This document shows positions 33,218 to 46,182 of a DNA stretch of 64,000 nt, piece by piece. The position numbers and the translations under genes are program-made. Below the pieces are notes generated by a model, which was given only the letters and a program-made list of their open reading frames with translations, searched no databases and was not told the DNA's origin. The first letter of the stretch is position 1, and each line of letters begins with the position of its first letter. The stretch lies in assembly GCF_011386835.1 (NCBI RefSeq), contig NC_088807.1, positions 24,986,001 through 25,050,000 on the forward strand. The letters run 5' to 3'. Source of the DNA: Chrysemys picta bellii (taxonomy: Eukaryota).

Positions 33218-34178
33218 AAGAAGGAGGCTGGCCAGTTGGAAAGGGTTCAGAGAAGAGCCCTGGAAATGATTGAAGGATTGGAAAACCTGCCTGACAGTGA
33301 GAGATGTAAGGAGCTCGAGCTCTTTAGCTGAACAAAGAGAAGGTTAAAGGGTGACTCGATCCCAGTCTAGAAATACCGACATGGGGAACAATCATTTGAA
33401 TAATGGGCTCTTTGATTTAGCAGAGAACGGTCTAACCCAATCCAGGGGCTGGGAGTTGAAGCTAGACACGGCGGCTGTGATAGCCTGGACTTGAGTCCAC
33501 GAGTCAGGAGGGGACCTGTAGGAAAACCCTAGATACCACAAGGTAAAGTTCATGAGAGTCACACCATGGCGAGCACATTGCTGCATATTTCCAAGCATGC
33601 TCAGCTGCTACACAGGATGTCCAGAAAACCTACCCAACAGGGGCTCAGTCTGCTTAGTTCATCGAAGAGCCGGCGAAGATGGGACTTGGTACCAGTTTGG
33701 AAACATGCTCGCAGCCCTTCGCCCGCATCTGGATCTTGCCTGCAGCCCTGGGCCCTCTCAGCACCACACGGGAAATGCAGAATGACCAGGGGCTTGGGGA
33801 CAGGTCAGGCTCTGGGAAAACTCTCCTGTGAAGAGAGACAAGAAAGATCAGGGTTGCGTAAAGCATAAGAGGGAGAATGACACAACGAAAATGGGGCCGA
33901 GAAAAGAGCTTGGGGGATTCTGTCGTCCCTGTCACATGGCACAGGAACAAGGAGACAGCCCATGAACTTACAGTGAGAAATTCAAAAGACACTCTCGCAC
34001 TCAGGGACTGTGGAACTCACTGCCACAGGATGGTGTTGAGGCTAAAACCTAGCAAGATTCAAAGAGGAAGTGGACATTTCCAAAGGGAAGAGGAACATGC
34101 AAAGTTAGATTCTCTCAAACTAACTAAAAAGCAACAGAGGGTCCTGTGGCACCTTTAAGACTAACAGAAGTATTGGGA

Positions 34179-34219
34179 GCATAAGCTTTCGTGGGTAAGA
34201 ACCTCACTTCTTCAGATGC
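34179..34219 (-). ncRNA. Minimal hammerhead ribozyme motif (Penelope type)
   Basis: GCAU-CUGAAGA-A-GUGAGGU UCUU ACCCAC-GAA-AGCU-U-AUGC: stem I GCAU/AUGC, core, stem II with bulged A, palindromic AGCU stem III. Confidence 0.75.
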
Positions 34220-36260
34220 CATCTGAGCTGGTCACTATTTGTCAGTATCACTTTTTACAGCAGACTTAGTGCCGATGGCCACCCTTACTTCTGTGCGGTT
34301 GCTGCCACCCTGGGGCTGACAGCCAGCTGATGAGGGAGGGAGAGCCCAAGCCCGGGCTGCCTCCCAGTGGGGAGGGGGGAAGGAGACCCAGAGCCCAAGC
34401 CACCTCCCGGTGAAGGATTGGCTGGGGGGTGGGAGGGGCCCAAGCCCTGGCGGTGGGGTTCCAGCTGTCGCCTTTATCCTGCCTCTTGGGTGTGCATGGC
34501 CCTTCTGCACGAGCTCCAGCCACCCGGGGCTGACAGCCAGAGCTCTTCAAATAAAAAAAAGGCACACAGCTCACGCCTCCCTTGCCACACTCCCACACCT
34601 CCCTCGGTAGGCCCGTCCCAGAGTTTGAGAACTGCTGCTTTAACTAATCACCCACCCCCGGGCAAGGGTTTGCACCAACTTTATTCTGAGTATTCAGCTC
34701 CAAGCTCACAGTAGAGAGAGTATCGATAGTCCACGGCGGGCTTTCTGTAATCAGGAGTTTTATCAGCCAACCAAACCACAATACGCACACTGCAGTGGAG
34801 CATCTCTCCTTTGCATTCTGCATGTCTATCCTTGCAGAAAAGCCCAAAGTGTCTCATCCTCCTCATCTTCATCCTCACCATCATCATCACCAGTGGTCGT
34901 CATCCTGGTGTCTCCCAAGGCACGCAGGCCGGAACACCGCTTCTATACTGTGCTCACTGGAATTCACACATATTTATGAAGGTTTTTGACCCCTTTCTCT
35001 TTTTTGAGCTTCCCCACCCCACAACTTGTGGGCTGCTCCATTTTTCATAGGCTACTAATTGGTTCGTTTCTCTTATACTCACTGACCTTTATGTCACTCA
35101 GTCATCATAACAACTTGTGCTTTGCAGATTGCTGCTGGCCCCCTGAGTCTGCAAAAATCCCCCAAATACTCTAACTATCTTTAACGGGTACATTGCAATA
35201 TAAGTTTCCTAAATATCAGCAGTTGAACACTTACAGAATGCAGTATTCTACCTTATGACATCCTGTGATCTAGGGTCATTGCTATCTTGCGACAACTTAT
35301 GCTCTAGGGTCACTTATTGGCCGTGCTTAATTTGTAATGAAAGAGGTGCCGGGGCTCGAGCAATTTTTTTACATTAATAACTGATGCACAAAGTGCAGAG
35401 GCACCGGGGCTCAGCTCTGGCAAGCCCTGGCACAAATTCTGCCCTGCTTACTGGGTAGTGGCTTATGTCACGTCTTTAGGCTCTAAGACTTGTTTCTCAA
35501 AGCTAAATATCTGACAAACCTAAGGCCTGTAGGCCCTGTGTTACAGTATGAATTAATACTTGTATTTCACCTCTATGCCCTAAATACACCTGATGTCTTT
35601 TCTCCTTGGCTACCAAGGTCTGACATCGCCCACATTCAGGGGATTGTTGGGGTCTCTCTTCATGGAGGATAGGTCCATCATTGACTATTAGCCAAGATAG
35701 TTAGGGATGCAAGGCCATGCTCCAGGTGTCCCTAAACCTCTGACGGCCAGAAGCTGGGACTGGATGACAAGGAATGGATCACTTGATAATTTCCCTTTTC
35801 TCTTCATTCCCTCTGAAGCATCTGGCACTGGCCATTGTTGGAAGACAGGAAACTGGGCTAGATGGACCATTGGTCTGACCAGGTGCAGTGGAAATTCCCT
35901 AAAAGTGTGAGGGCCACTGGTGACTGACCCGTCACTCTGCCCCTGCACCGCCCCTTCTCCCTGAGGCCCCACCCCGTCATCCCAAGGCCCCGCCCTGATG
36001 CCACCCATTGCCCCCGAGCACCCGCCCTCACACCTTCCTTTTCCCCAAGACCCCACCCTCACATCACTCCTTCCCCTGAGAACCCACTCCCATGCCACCT
36101 CTTCTCCCCAAAACCCCACCTCCTGCTCACTCTTCTTTGCCCCCTCTTCCCCCGTTGCTCGCCCTTACTTCGGGTAAAAAGTGACGGGGCCATGGCTCCC
36201 AGGTGTCTCCTGTTCCAGTGCCCCAGGGTCTGAACCAGTATGGTTTTCCTTAAGTTCTTA

Positions 36261-36915
36261 TGTTCCTCTGTGGACTCTCTGATGGGTGATGAAGTCTGAC
36301 CTCTCCCAGGATCCTCTCCCACACTCATCACACTGATAGGGTCTCCTGTGTGGATTCTCAGGTGCTTAGTGGGCGTTGAATTCCCACCAGCTCTTTTCCC
36401 ACATTCACGATGCTCCGGGACGCGCCCCTGAGTTGATTCTCTGATGGACACTAAGCTTTGAGCTCCCATTGAATCCTCTCCCACATTCAGGACATCTATA
36501 GGGTTTCTCTCCTGGTGAATCCTTTGGTATGTAATCAAGTCTGAGCTCCAGTCAAACCTTTCCCCACATTTAGGACACTGACAGGGTCTTTCTCCTTCTC
36601 CTGCCTGATCCCTCTGCTGTTTCTGGGCTCTGATTTAAGTTTTTCTGACCCTCCGTGCTAGGCCAGGTTTAAGTCACAAGAGGATTTTGAGGATTTCTCA
36701 CTCTCCTGTTTTGGGGAGTAGATTTACTTCCGCTCCTTTTTTGGGGGACCACTCTGCTGCCTTTCTGAGCTGGGCTGTCTCTTGCTGTCTCTCCTGCCAT
36801 CTGAGCTATGGGAAACCAGAGTAGGCCTTGGCAGTATGGTAACACACCAGGTATTGGCTTGGCTAACCAAGTAAGCCTGTTCCTGACCGGAGAGGATGGT
36901 ACAAAACCACCCAGA
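36261..36915 (-). pseudogene. Duplicate of the ZNF exon remnant
   Basis: Near-identical to 15205-15860. Confidence 0.85.
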
Positions 36916-38570
36916 GTTCTCAAGTAAATATGTATACAAATTCCCAAGAGATTGTACAGGAATACACCGATCCCTCGTAAGATAAGGATGGGATGGCAGG
37001 ATAATGGATGAGCATAGTTTATTTTGAACTAGTAGGTACAAGGTATAAGGGTGGTAACGAATAACACCTGGAGTGTAATACATAACTCGTTTGTATTGAT
37101 GTATAAAAGGAGAAGACATAGGAGCGGCATCTTTGTAGCAGCCAAGGGGACAACATCTTGTTATGTTGACCAAGCCTTTACTTTGTTGTGGACATACATA
37201 TGTTAGTGTCCCTGCGCCAGGGCATTGGACAGGCTCGGACTGTGCTTTGCTGACAATAAACCTGGCCGAGCGACTTTGCCACCAACCCGAGCCTGTGGTT
37301 TCTTTAGGAATAACATTGAGGTCTGCAGAACCGTCACACGGCACTCTCTGCTAATCCAGGTAACACCGGAGCTCCGAGAATAGCAGCACTGGCAGCCTTA
37401 CCAACTCTGCAGCACCACCAACGCTCCGTAGCATGAACCACACTTGTCTTTATGGAATGTTGTCTTGTTGATTTCAGACCAGTTCTCCAATTTGGCGAGG
37501 TTGTTTTGAATCCTAATCCTGTCCTTGAAAGTGCTTGCAACCCCTCCCAACTTTGGGTCACCTGCACATTTTATAAGTATCCGCTCCAGTCCGTTATACA
37601 AGTCATTAATGAACATATTGGATAGGTCTGAACCCAGGACTGACCCCACTAGAGACTATGAGCCGCCAATGTGATGCGGCCATGAAAAAGGCTAATGCAG
37701 TCCTAATGTGTCAGGCAAGATATTTCTACTAGAGACAAGGGAGTGTTAGTACCGTTATACAAGGCACTGTATATACTGGAATACTGTGTGCAGTGCTGGG
37801 CTCCCATGTTCATGAAAGACTAACTCAAAGTGGAACAGGTGTAGAGAAGGGCTACTAGGATGATCCGAGGAATGGAAAACCTATCCTATGAGAGGAGACT
37901 CAAAGAGCTTGGCTTGTTTAGCTTAACCAAACGAAGGCTGGGGGGAGATGCGATTGCTCTCTATAAATACATCAGAGGGATAAATACCAGGGAGGGAAAG
38001 TTGCTATTTCAGTTAAGCACCAATGTGGGCACAAGAACAAATGGATATAAATTGGCCATCAACAAATTTAGGCTTGAAATTAGATGAAGGTTTCTAACCA
38101 TCAGAGGAGTGACGTTCTGGAACAGTGGGGGCAAAAAAGTGAACTGGCTTCAAGACTGAGCTTGATACGTTTATGGATAAGATGGTACAATGAGACTGTC
38201 TATGATGGCATGGAGCCCATCTGCAACTGCTTGAAGAAAACTTGTCCAATGGCTGGTGATGGGACACTAGATGGCGAGGGCTCTGAGTTACCACAGCAAA
38301 TTCTTTCCCAGGTGTCTGGCTTGTGGATCTTTCCCACATGCTCAGGGTCTAACTGCTCACTGTATTTGGGGTTAGGAAGGAATATTCCCCTGGGCCAGAT
38401 TGGCAGAAACCCTGAGGGTTTTCGCCTTCCTCTGCAGTGTGGGTCATGGGTCACTTGCAGGTTTAAACTAGTGTAAATGGTGGATTCTCTGTAACTTGAA
38501 GTCTTTAAATCATGATTTGAGGACGTCAGTGACTCAGCCAGAGGTTAGGGGTCTATTACAGGAGTGGGTG

Positions 38571-39021
38571 TGTCACGGAGTGTGTGGGAGTCAGGGCCCT
38601 GCACCTCCACTTCCTGCAATTCACTGTGACTCTCAGCCAGCTAGTAAAATGGAAGGTTTATTGGACGACAGAAACACAGTCCCAAACAGAGCTTGTAGGT
38701 ACAGCCAGGACCCCTCAGTCAAGTCCTTCTGGGGGGCAGGGAGCTTAGACCCCAGTCCTGGGGTTCCCTTCGTTTCCCCAGCCAGCTCCAAACTGAAACC
38801 CCCTCCAGCTGTCCCTCCCAGCCTCCCCCCAGCTCCTCCTCCAGCCTTTGTCCAGTTTCCCGGGCAGAAGGTGTCACCTGGCCCCAACCCCCCTCCTGGG
38901 TTCAGGTTACATGCTCAGGTATCATCCCTCAAGTGAAGTCACACTCTGGTAGCCCATCACCAATGCAGATTGTCCCAGCAAAACTCCCCGGTCAATCCGC
39001 CCCACTCCCTGCGCCGTCACA
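38571..39021 (-). mobile_element. Solo Gypsy LTR (duplicate of 17517-17967)
   Basis: Same termini and GGGTG TSD. Confidence 0.9.
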
Positions 39022-39216
39022 GGGTGAGGTTCTGTGGCCCGCGAAGTGCAGGAGGTCAGACTTGATGGTCCCTTCTGACCTTAAAGTCTATGAGTCTTGA
39101 TACGCCCTCCCAGTTTGACAGCGAACCATTGATGACTACGCTTTGAGTATGGTTTTTCAACCAGTTGTGCGCCAGCCTTATAATTTTGTCTGGCCCGCAT
39201 GTCCTGGGGGACTGTG

Positions 39217-39684
39217 TGTCACGGAGTATTGGGGGACTCAGGGCCCTGCACCCCCGGCTTCCTGCGATTCACCATGACTCTCAGCCAGCCAGTAAAGCAG
39301 AAGGTTTATTTGGATGACAGGAATACAGTCCAGGACAGGTCTTGCAGGCACAGACAACAGGGCCCCCCTCAGTTAGGTCCAGCTTGGGGTCCCGGGGCAT
39401 CCCAGCCCCCCCCCCCCTTTGGGGGGGGGTCAGAGCCATCTCTGCCTCCCAGCCATCTCTCCAGCCCGCTTCCAACACTCTGCCTTCAGCGACCCCTCCC
39501 ACAGCCTTTGTTCAGTTTCCCGGGCCAAGGTGTCACCTGGCCTCCACCCCCTTCCTGGGTTCTCATGTTACACGCTGAGGTATTCGCCTTCGGGCAGACT
39601 CCCATCCCCCAATGCAGACTATCCTAGCCACACTCCCCTGTCAGCATTCACAGACCACAGTAAGAACAGTCCCAGTTCGTCACA
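39217..39684 (-). mobile_element. Solo Gypsy LTR private to unit 2
   Basis: TGTCACGGAG...TTCGTCACA, TSD CTGTG; empty site at about 22227-22231; close relative of the 18065 LTR. Confidence 0.93.
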
Positions 39685-41718
39685 CTGTGTCAAAAGCCTT
39701 ACTAAGGCTTATATGTCCCAGGCGGTTTGGTTTCTCGGTGCAGCGATGGGAACAGCGCCATGAGAAAGGAGCCATCTTGCACAACTGAATCGGTGAATGA
39801 ATGAGCCTTTAAATGGCTGCTTCTGGGGGTGCAGTCGTGCCCCATTGCCCTGTTGAAAGGGATTTCCGGTGATTGTGTCCGAATCCTGTCTCCAGTGATC
39901 ATGGACCTTCCAAAGTGGCAGTTAGGGCAGTTGGCCAGACCCCTCCCCCCAGGCAGAATGGGACCTTCCAAAGTGGCAGTTATGGCAGTTGGCCAGACCC
40001 CTCCCCGCAGGCAGAATGGGACCTTCCAAAGTGGCAGTTATGGCAGTTGGCCAGACCTCTCTCCACAGGCAGAATGGGACCTTCCACCAAAGACCTTCCA
40101 AAGTGGCAGTTATGACTCTTTGCCATTTCATCTCCTTTCTCCTGTCCCTACTCAGTGAAATGGTTCGTTCCATCAGTTGGGCACTTTGGGGCTTCTCTCT
40201 CCCTTGGAAGAGACCATTTCACAGGCAGGAGGGTGCAGGGGTTAAGTTATCTGGACAAGTGCATTGGATGTATTTTTCCCTGTCAGGAAATGTATAATAA
40301 TACTGCCCCCCCCCCCACACACACATCTGTCATGTGAATGGCTCCTTTTCAGTCTGAGGGGTTAAAAAGCCTGAGTCCGTGATAATTCTCCATCTCCCCC
40401 CCCCAGGGGAAAAATGGTCTGTCCCAAGCCCAAAAAGTGGTGGAGGGGGAGTAAACACAGCCCAAATGGTGGGGGAGGGGGGAAGGAAACATAGCCCAAA
40501 TGGTGGGGGAGGGGGAGTAAACACAGCCCAAATGGTGGAGGAGGGGGAAGGAAACGCAGCCCAAATGGTGTAGGAGGGGGGAAGGAAACGCAGCCCAAAT
40601 GGTGGGGGAGGGGCAGTAAATACAGCCCTATATGGCGGGGGAGGGGCGCACTCTCAGCCCTAGAGGACGGGAGAACAAGGGGAAATGGCTCCCAAAGATG
40701 AGCCTACGTGTGGCCGTGAAGAGAGGTAGCTTGTAGGAAAGGTGTCCCCTACTGCCAAGGCCAGAAAGGCCGATTGGGCTCATCCCGTCATCTCCCCGGC
40801 CCCGCCCCCATATGGCCCAGGCCCTAGGACGGCCCTGGGTTCATTTCTGTTTGAACCACAGCCGATGTTTTAGACAAACACCCTTGGTCCATAGGGTTGA
40901 GAGATCCGAGCCGTCGGCCGGCAGCACGTCAGGGGGAGTGAGTGATTGCTGGACCCAGACTAGAAGGAGACTAGTCTGTAAAAGGAAGTTTACTGGGTGA
41001 GGTTTTTATCTGTATTCAGTTTCTTAGACATAGACTTGCGTGTTCTATTTTATTTTGCTTGGTAATTCACTTTGTTCTGTCTGTTACTACTTGGAACCAC
41101 TTAAATCCTACTTTCTGTATTTAATAAAATCATTTTTACTTACTAATTAACCCAGAGTATGTATTAATACCTGGGGGGGGAGGGCAAACAGCTGTGCATA
41201 TCTCTCTATCAGTGTTATAGAGGGCGAACAATTTCTGAGTTTACCTTGTATAAGCTTTATACCGGGTAAAACGGATTTATTTGGGGCTTGGACCCCATTG
41301 GGAGTTGGACACCTGGGTATTAAAGACAGGAACACTTCTGTACGTTGCTTTCAGTTAAGCCTACAGCTGTCGGGGACGTGGTTCAGACCCTGGGTCTGGG
41401 TTTGCAGCAGGCTAGCGGGTCTGGCTTAAACCAGGCAGGGCACGAAGTCCTAAGCTGCCAGGGCAGGAAAGCAGGGGCAGACGTAGTCTTGGAACATCAG
41501 TTGGCAGCCCCAAGGGGGTTTCTGTGATCCAGCCCGTCACACCACGTACTGGGCAGCTGGTGTTTGAAACAAAGGAAGCAGAGGCCGCGTGGCAAGAGTC
41601 TATAAAAGGCAGCTGCATCTTCTCTATTTTGTCTTCAATCCTGCTCCTGACCTCTGGAGGGACTTGGCTACCAACTGAAGCTCTGAACAAAGGACTGAAG
41701 GACCCATCTCAGCTGGGG

Positions 41719-43713
41719 ATGTATTCCAGAGACTTGATTCGAGCCTTTAAGTTAAAGATGCATGAGCTGTCGGAGGCCTGTATTCCCAAAAAGGGAAAAA
41801 GATTACCAAGCAAGAGATTTAGACCGAGCTGGATGAGCGACCGACTCAAAGGGGCGATTAGGAAAAAACAGAAAGCGTACAAAGAGTGGAAGAGGGGAGG
41901 GATCAGTAAGGAAATGTACCAAAGTGAAGTCAGAGAATGTAGAGATAGAGTGAGAAAGGCCAAAGGCCGTGTAGAATTGGACCTAGCGAGGGGAATTAAA
42001 AGCAATAGTAAGAGGTTTTACAGCCACATAAACAGGAAGAAAGCAAAGAAAGAAGAAGTGGGACCGCTGAAGACTATTGCCGGAGAGGAGATTAAAGACA
42101 ATCTAGGCATGGCGCAATATCTCAATGAATATTTTGCGTCGGTGTTTAATGAGGCCAATGAAGGGATTAGGGATACTAGCACCATTACAGAGGGGCGTTC
42201 GGGATGGGGGATTACTGTATCCGAGGTAGAAACAAAACTTGAACGCCTTAATGGGGCTAAGTCGGGAGGACCGGACGATCTTCATCCGAGAATATTGAAG
42301 GAATTGGCGCGGGAAATAGCAGGCCCGTTAGCGATAATATTTAATGAATCTGTAAACTCGGGGGTGGTCCCGTTAGACTGGAGAATAGCTAATGTGGTTC
42401 CTATTTTCAAAAAAGGGAAAAGAAGTGATCCGGGTAACTACAGGCCTGTTAGTTTAACATCTGTAGTGTGCAAGGTGTTAGAGAAAATTTTGAAGGAGAA
42501 ATTAGTTGAGGACCTGGAGGGTAGTGGCAATTGCGATAATTTACAACATGGTTTTACGAAGGGCAGATCGTGCCAAACGAATCTGATCTCCTTCTTTGAG
42601 AAAGTAACGGATTTATTAGATAAGGGAAATGCGGTGGACCTAATATACCTGGATTTCAGTAAAGCGTTTGATACTGTACCCCATGAGGAATTATTGGTTA
42701 AACTGAAAAACATGGGGATCGATTTGAAAATCCAGAGATGGATAAGGAATTGGTTAATGGGGAGAATGCAGCGGGTCGTATTGAAGGGTGAACTGTCAGG
42801 TTGGAGGGAGGTTACCAGTGGAGTTCCCCAAGGTTCAGTTTTGGGACCCATTTTATTTAATCTATTTATAACTGACCTCGGAACCGATTGCAGGAGTAGG
42901 CTGGTAAAGTTTGCGGATGATACGAAGGTGGGAGGCGTTGTAAATTCGGAAGAGGATAGGGATATCCTGCAGGGAGACTTGAATGAGCTTGTGAATTGGA
43001 GTGTCAGAAATAGGATGAAATTTAATAGTGAAAAGTGTAAGGTGATGCATTTGGGGATGACCAATAACAATTTTAGTTACAAGATGGGGACGCATTGGTT
43101 AGAAGTAACGGAAGAGGAGAAGGACCTAGGGGTCCTTGTAGACCGTAGGATGACTATGAGTCGACAGTGTGACGTGGCGGTGAAAAAAGCCAATGCTGTC
43201 TTGGGATGCATTAGGCGAGGTATATCTAGTAGGGATAAGGAGGTCCTGCTTCCGTTGTACAAGGCGCTGGTGAGACCTCATTTGGAGTACTGTGTGCAGT
43301 TCTGGTCTCCCATGTTTAAAAAAGATGAACTCAAACTGGAACGGGTGCAGAGAAGGGCCACTAGGATGATCAGAGGAATGGAAAACCTGTCGTATGAAAG
43401 GAGACTAGAGGAGCTTGGGTTGTTTAGTCTGACAAAGCGAAGGCTGAGGGGGGATATGATTGCTATCTTTAAATATATTAGAGGGATTAATACAAGGGAG
43501 GGAGATGAATTATTCCAGCTTAGTACTAACGTGGATACGAGAACGAATGGATATAAACTGGCCGTGGGGAAGTTCAGGCTTGAAATTAGACGAAGGTTTC
43601 TGACCGTTAGAGGGGTGAAATATTGGAACGGCCTTCCGAGGGAAACGGTGGGGGCAAGGGACTTGTCTGGCTTTAAGATTAAGTTAGATAAGTTTATGGA
43701 GGGAATGGTTTAA
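41719..43713 (+). CDS. CR1 ORF2 reverse transcriptase frame without endonuclease (664 aa from a flanking ATG)
   Basis: No stops; NYRPVSLTS, QHGF, YLDFSKAFD, GVPQGSVLGP, KFADD motifs; the ATG at 41719 comes from the host LTR. Confidence 0.8.
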   Translation: MYSRDLIRAFKLKMHELSEACIPKKGKRLPSKRFRPSWMSDRLKGAIRKKQKAYKEWKRGGISKEMYQSEVRECRDRVRKAKGRVELDLARGIKSNSKRFYSHINRKKAKKEEVGPLKTIAGEEIKDNLGMAQYLNEYFASVFNEANEGIRDTSTITEGRSGWGITVSEVETKLERLNGAKSGGPDDLHPRILKELAREIAGPLAIIFNESVNSGVVPLDWRIANVVPIFKKGKRSDPGNYRPVSLTSVVCKVLEKILKEKLVEDLEGSGNCDNLQHGFTKGRSCQTNLISFFEKVTDLLDKGNAVDLIYLDFSKAFDTVPHEELLVKLKNMGIDLKIQRWIRNWLMGRMQRVVLKGELSGWREVTSGVPQGSVLGPILFNLFITDLGTDCRSRLVKFADDTKVGGVVNSEEDRDILQGDLNELVNWSVRNRMKFNSEKCKVMHLGMTNNNFSYKMGTHWLEVTEEEKDLGVLVDRRMTMSRQCDVAVKKANAVLGCIRRGISSRDKEVLLPLYKALVRPHLEYCVQFWSPMFKKDELKLERVQRRATRMIRGMENLSYERRLEELGLFSLTKRRLRGDMIAIFKYIRGINTREGDELFQLSTNVDTRTNGYKLAVGKFRLEIRRRFLTVRGVKYWNGLPRETVGARDLSGFKIKLDKFMEGMV

Positions 43714-44088
43714 TGGTAAAACATAGTTGTCAAGGAAAACCAAGCAATGGTGGGTAAATAGCATAATGGCTAAAAGGGGTCAGGATGGAGACTCTTGCCT
43801 ATATGCTCGGGGTCTTACTGATCGCCATATTTGGGGTCGGGAAGGAATTTTCCTCCAGGGCAGATTGGCTGAGCCTCTGGAGGTTTTTCGCCTTCCTCCG
43901 CAGCATGGGGCAGGGATCTCTAGCAGGAGGGTCTCTGCCGATTGAGGTCACTAATAACAGGATTGGGGACTTCAGCAGCAGAGTCCAGGGAAGGGGAGGG
44001 GACGGTTTTATGGCCTGCAGCGTGCAGGGGGTCAGACCAGATGATCATAATGGTCCCTTCTGACCTTAAAGTCTATGAGTCTATGAGT
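41747..44088 (+). mobile_element. Young 5'-truncated CR1 LINE private to unit 2
   Basis: Inserted in the LTR at gagcct|gcag (empty site about 24350-24360); (TCTATGAG)2 tail; apparent 3-bp TSD CCT. Confidence 0.95.
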
Positions 44089-46182
44089 CCTGCAGTTTAT
44101 TCCACCACTGCTATAAGCCTGAACCAAGAACTTTGCAACTGTTGTATGTCTTTGATTCCATTTATCCAATTTTAACTCTCATCTATCTTTCTTTCTTTTA
44201 TGAATAAACCTTTCGATTTTAGATTCTAAAGGATTGGCAACAGCGTGATTTGTGGGTAAGTTCTGACTTGTCTATTGACCTGCGTCTGGGGCTTGGTCCT
44301 TTGGGATCGGGAGAACCTTATTTCATTTACTAGGGTATTGGTTTTCATAATCATTCATCCCCATGAGGAGCGGTGCTGGTGGTGATACAGGGGGACTGGA
44401 GTGTCTGAGGGAATTGCTTATATGACTTCTGGTTGGCCAGTGGGGTAAAACCGAAGTCCTCTCTGATTGGCTGGTTTGCTTTGCTTTAATAATAAAGGAA
44501 CCCCAGCCTTGGGCTGTGACTGCCCTGTTCTAAGCAATTTGTCCTGAATTGATACTCTCAGTTGTGTCCCGCCAGACGCCACTTTGTTACAGAGTTTTGA
44601 TTGACTCCAAACGGGGATTGTCTAGTGGGACCCCCCGTCAAACAGGCCGGAGAACGACCCCGAGACAATTCCTAGAGCAGATCTCCTAGAGAAACACCCC
44701 AGCTTGATTGAAAAATTGTCAGGGATGGAAAAATCCACCATGACCCTTGGTCAATTGTCCCAATGGTTAATTCCCCTCATCGTTAAAAATGTACCTCTTA
44801 TTTCCTGTCTGAACGTGTCTAGCTTCACTGTCCAGCCATTGGATCAGGTTAGACCTTCCTCTGCTAGAGTGAAGAGCCTGTTAGTAAATATTTATCCCCC
44901 ATGTTGGGCTCGAGTCACCCCTTCACCTTCTTGTTGTTCGGCTAAACAGATTGAGCTCCTGGTGTCTCTCACTGCCCGGCAGGGTTTCTAAATCAGGAGA
45001 CTTGTTTTTTCGGGGAGTATAGTTGCAGATAGAAGACAAAGCCCCTGATATCGGGACAATCCTGGTGTTAGCGGGACGTCAGCTCACCCTAACCAGGACT
45101 ACAGTCGCCCCAGGGCCAAATACAGAGGCACTAGAACCAATCTCCAATCTATTCAAGAGTCCCCTGTTTATCCATCTAACACAGGAATACACGGCATGGG
45201 AACACCCATCCCCACCCGCTGTGCTCCCATGTCGAACTCATCCCCGGTGTGTTCATTACTGATAATGAATCCACACCGCTCTGGGCATCGTTAGGTGCTG
45301 GTGCCCTCAGGGACGGGAGCTGGGGGTGGAGGCGGAGCGGCTGATGAGTTGCGGTGGAGTTTGTGGTAATTAACAGGATGTTTGTCTCCAAACTGGCATT
45401 GTCCAGGTGATGGAGTTCCGAGATTCATCCCCTGGTGCGAGCGCAGAGCTCAGTGAGATGCTTGGAGTCATTAAGACCCCCCGACTATGGTGTTCAGAGG
45501 TTGGGCTGCACCCCCAGATTACTGTGTCCGATTCTAGAGGGATTCCCTCCCCCCCAGCAATGGCTGCAGGAGACTATCTGATTCCAAAGGGTGAGGAGAA
45601 GGTGTGGACGGGCTCTGTCCCGTCCAAAGCCTGCTCCTGGGGGCCGAGTGTGTAAGGGGCCATGAAATGCAGAGACAGGACGGGGCCATTGGCCATTAGG
45701 GTTTCACGTTGTCACCCTGGTGTCACACGGGGACTGGGGATGGTGTTTGGATTCAGGCAAATGCCCCTGTTAGTTTCCAGGGGGCGTTTGTCCGAATGAA
45801 GACAGGATACGGTCTACAGAAAAAGTACTCACAGCTAGAGTAGGGAGCCAGAAGGGCTGTGGGCTAGATTTTGACCGTTTTACTCAGGCCGGGGACTATA
45901 CTAAGAAGTTGGTCGACCCAACGACGTCAGTCCAGGGTGTGAAAAATCCACATCCCGGAGAGATGTAGCTAAACCCAGCGTAGAGTGTACACAGTACAGA
46001 GTCGTTGGAAGAATTACTCCATAAAACCTAGCTACCGCCTCCTTGGGAGGTGCATTACCTTCGCCCACCCATCGGAGTAGGTTGCATCTACACTGAAGCA
46101 CTGCTCCAATGCCGGTGCAGATTCTAAGCAGCCATCTTGCCCCAGCGCCCTTTCCTCTGCCACCTCGCCTCCAGCCCCTTCC

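Larger units (their letters stand above)
13354..34226. repeat. Tandem segmental duplication, unit 1 (deleted copy)
   Basis: Colinear, roughly 95-98% identical by eye to 34236-61429; private Gypsy and SINE insertions and several deletions. Confidence 0.95.
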
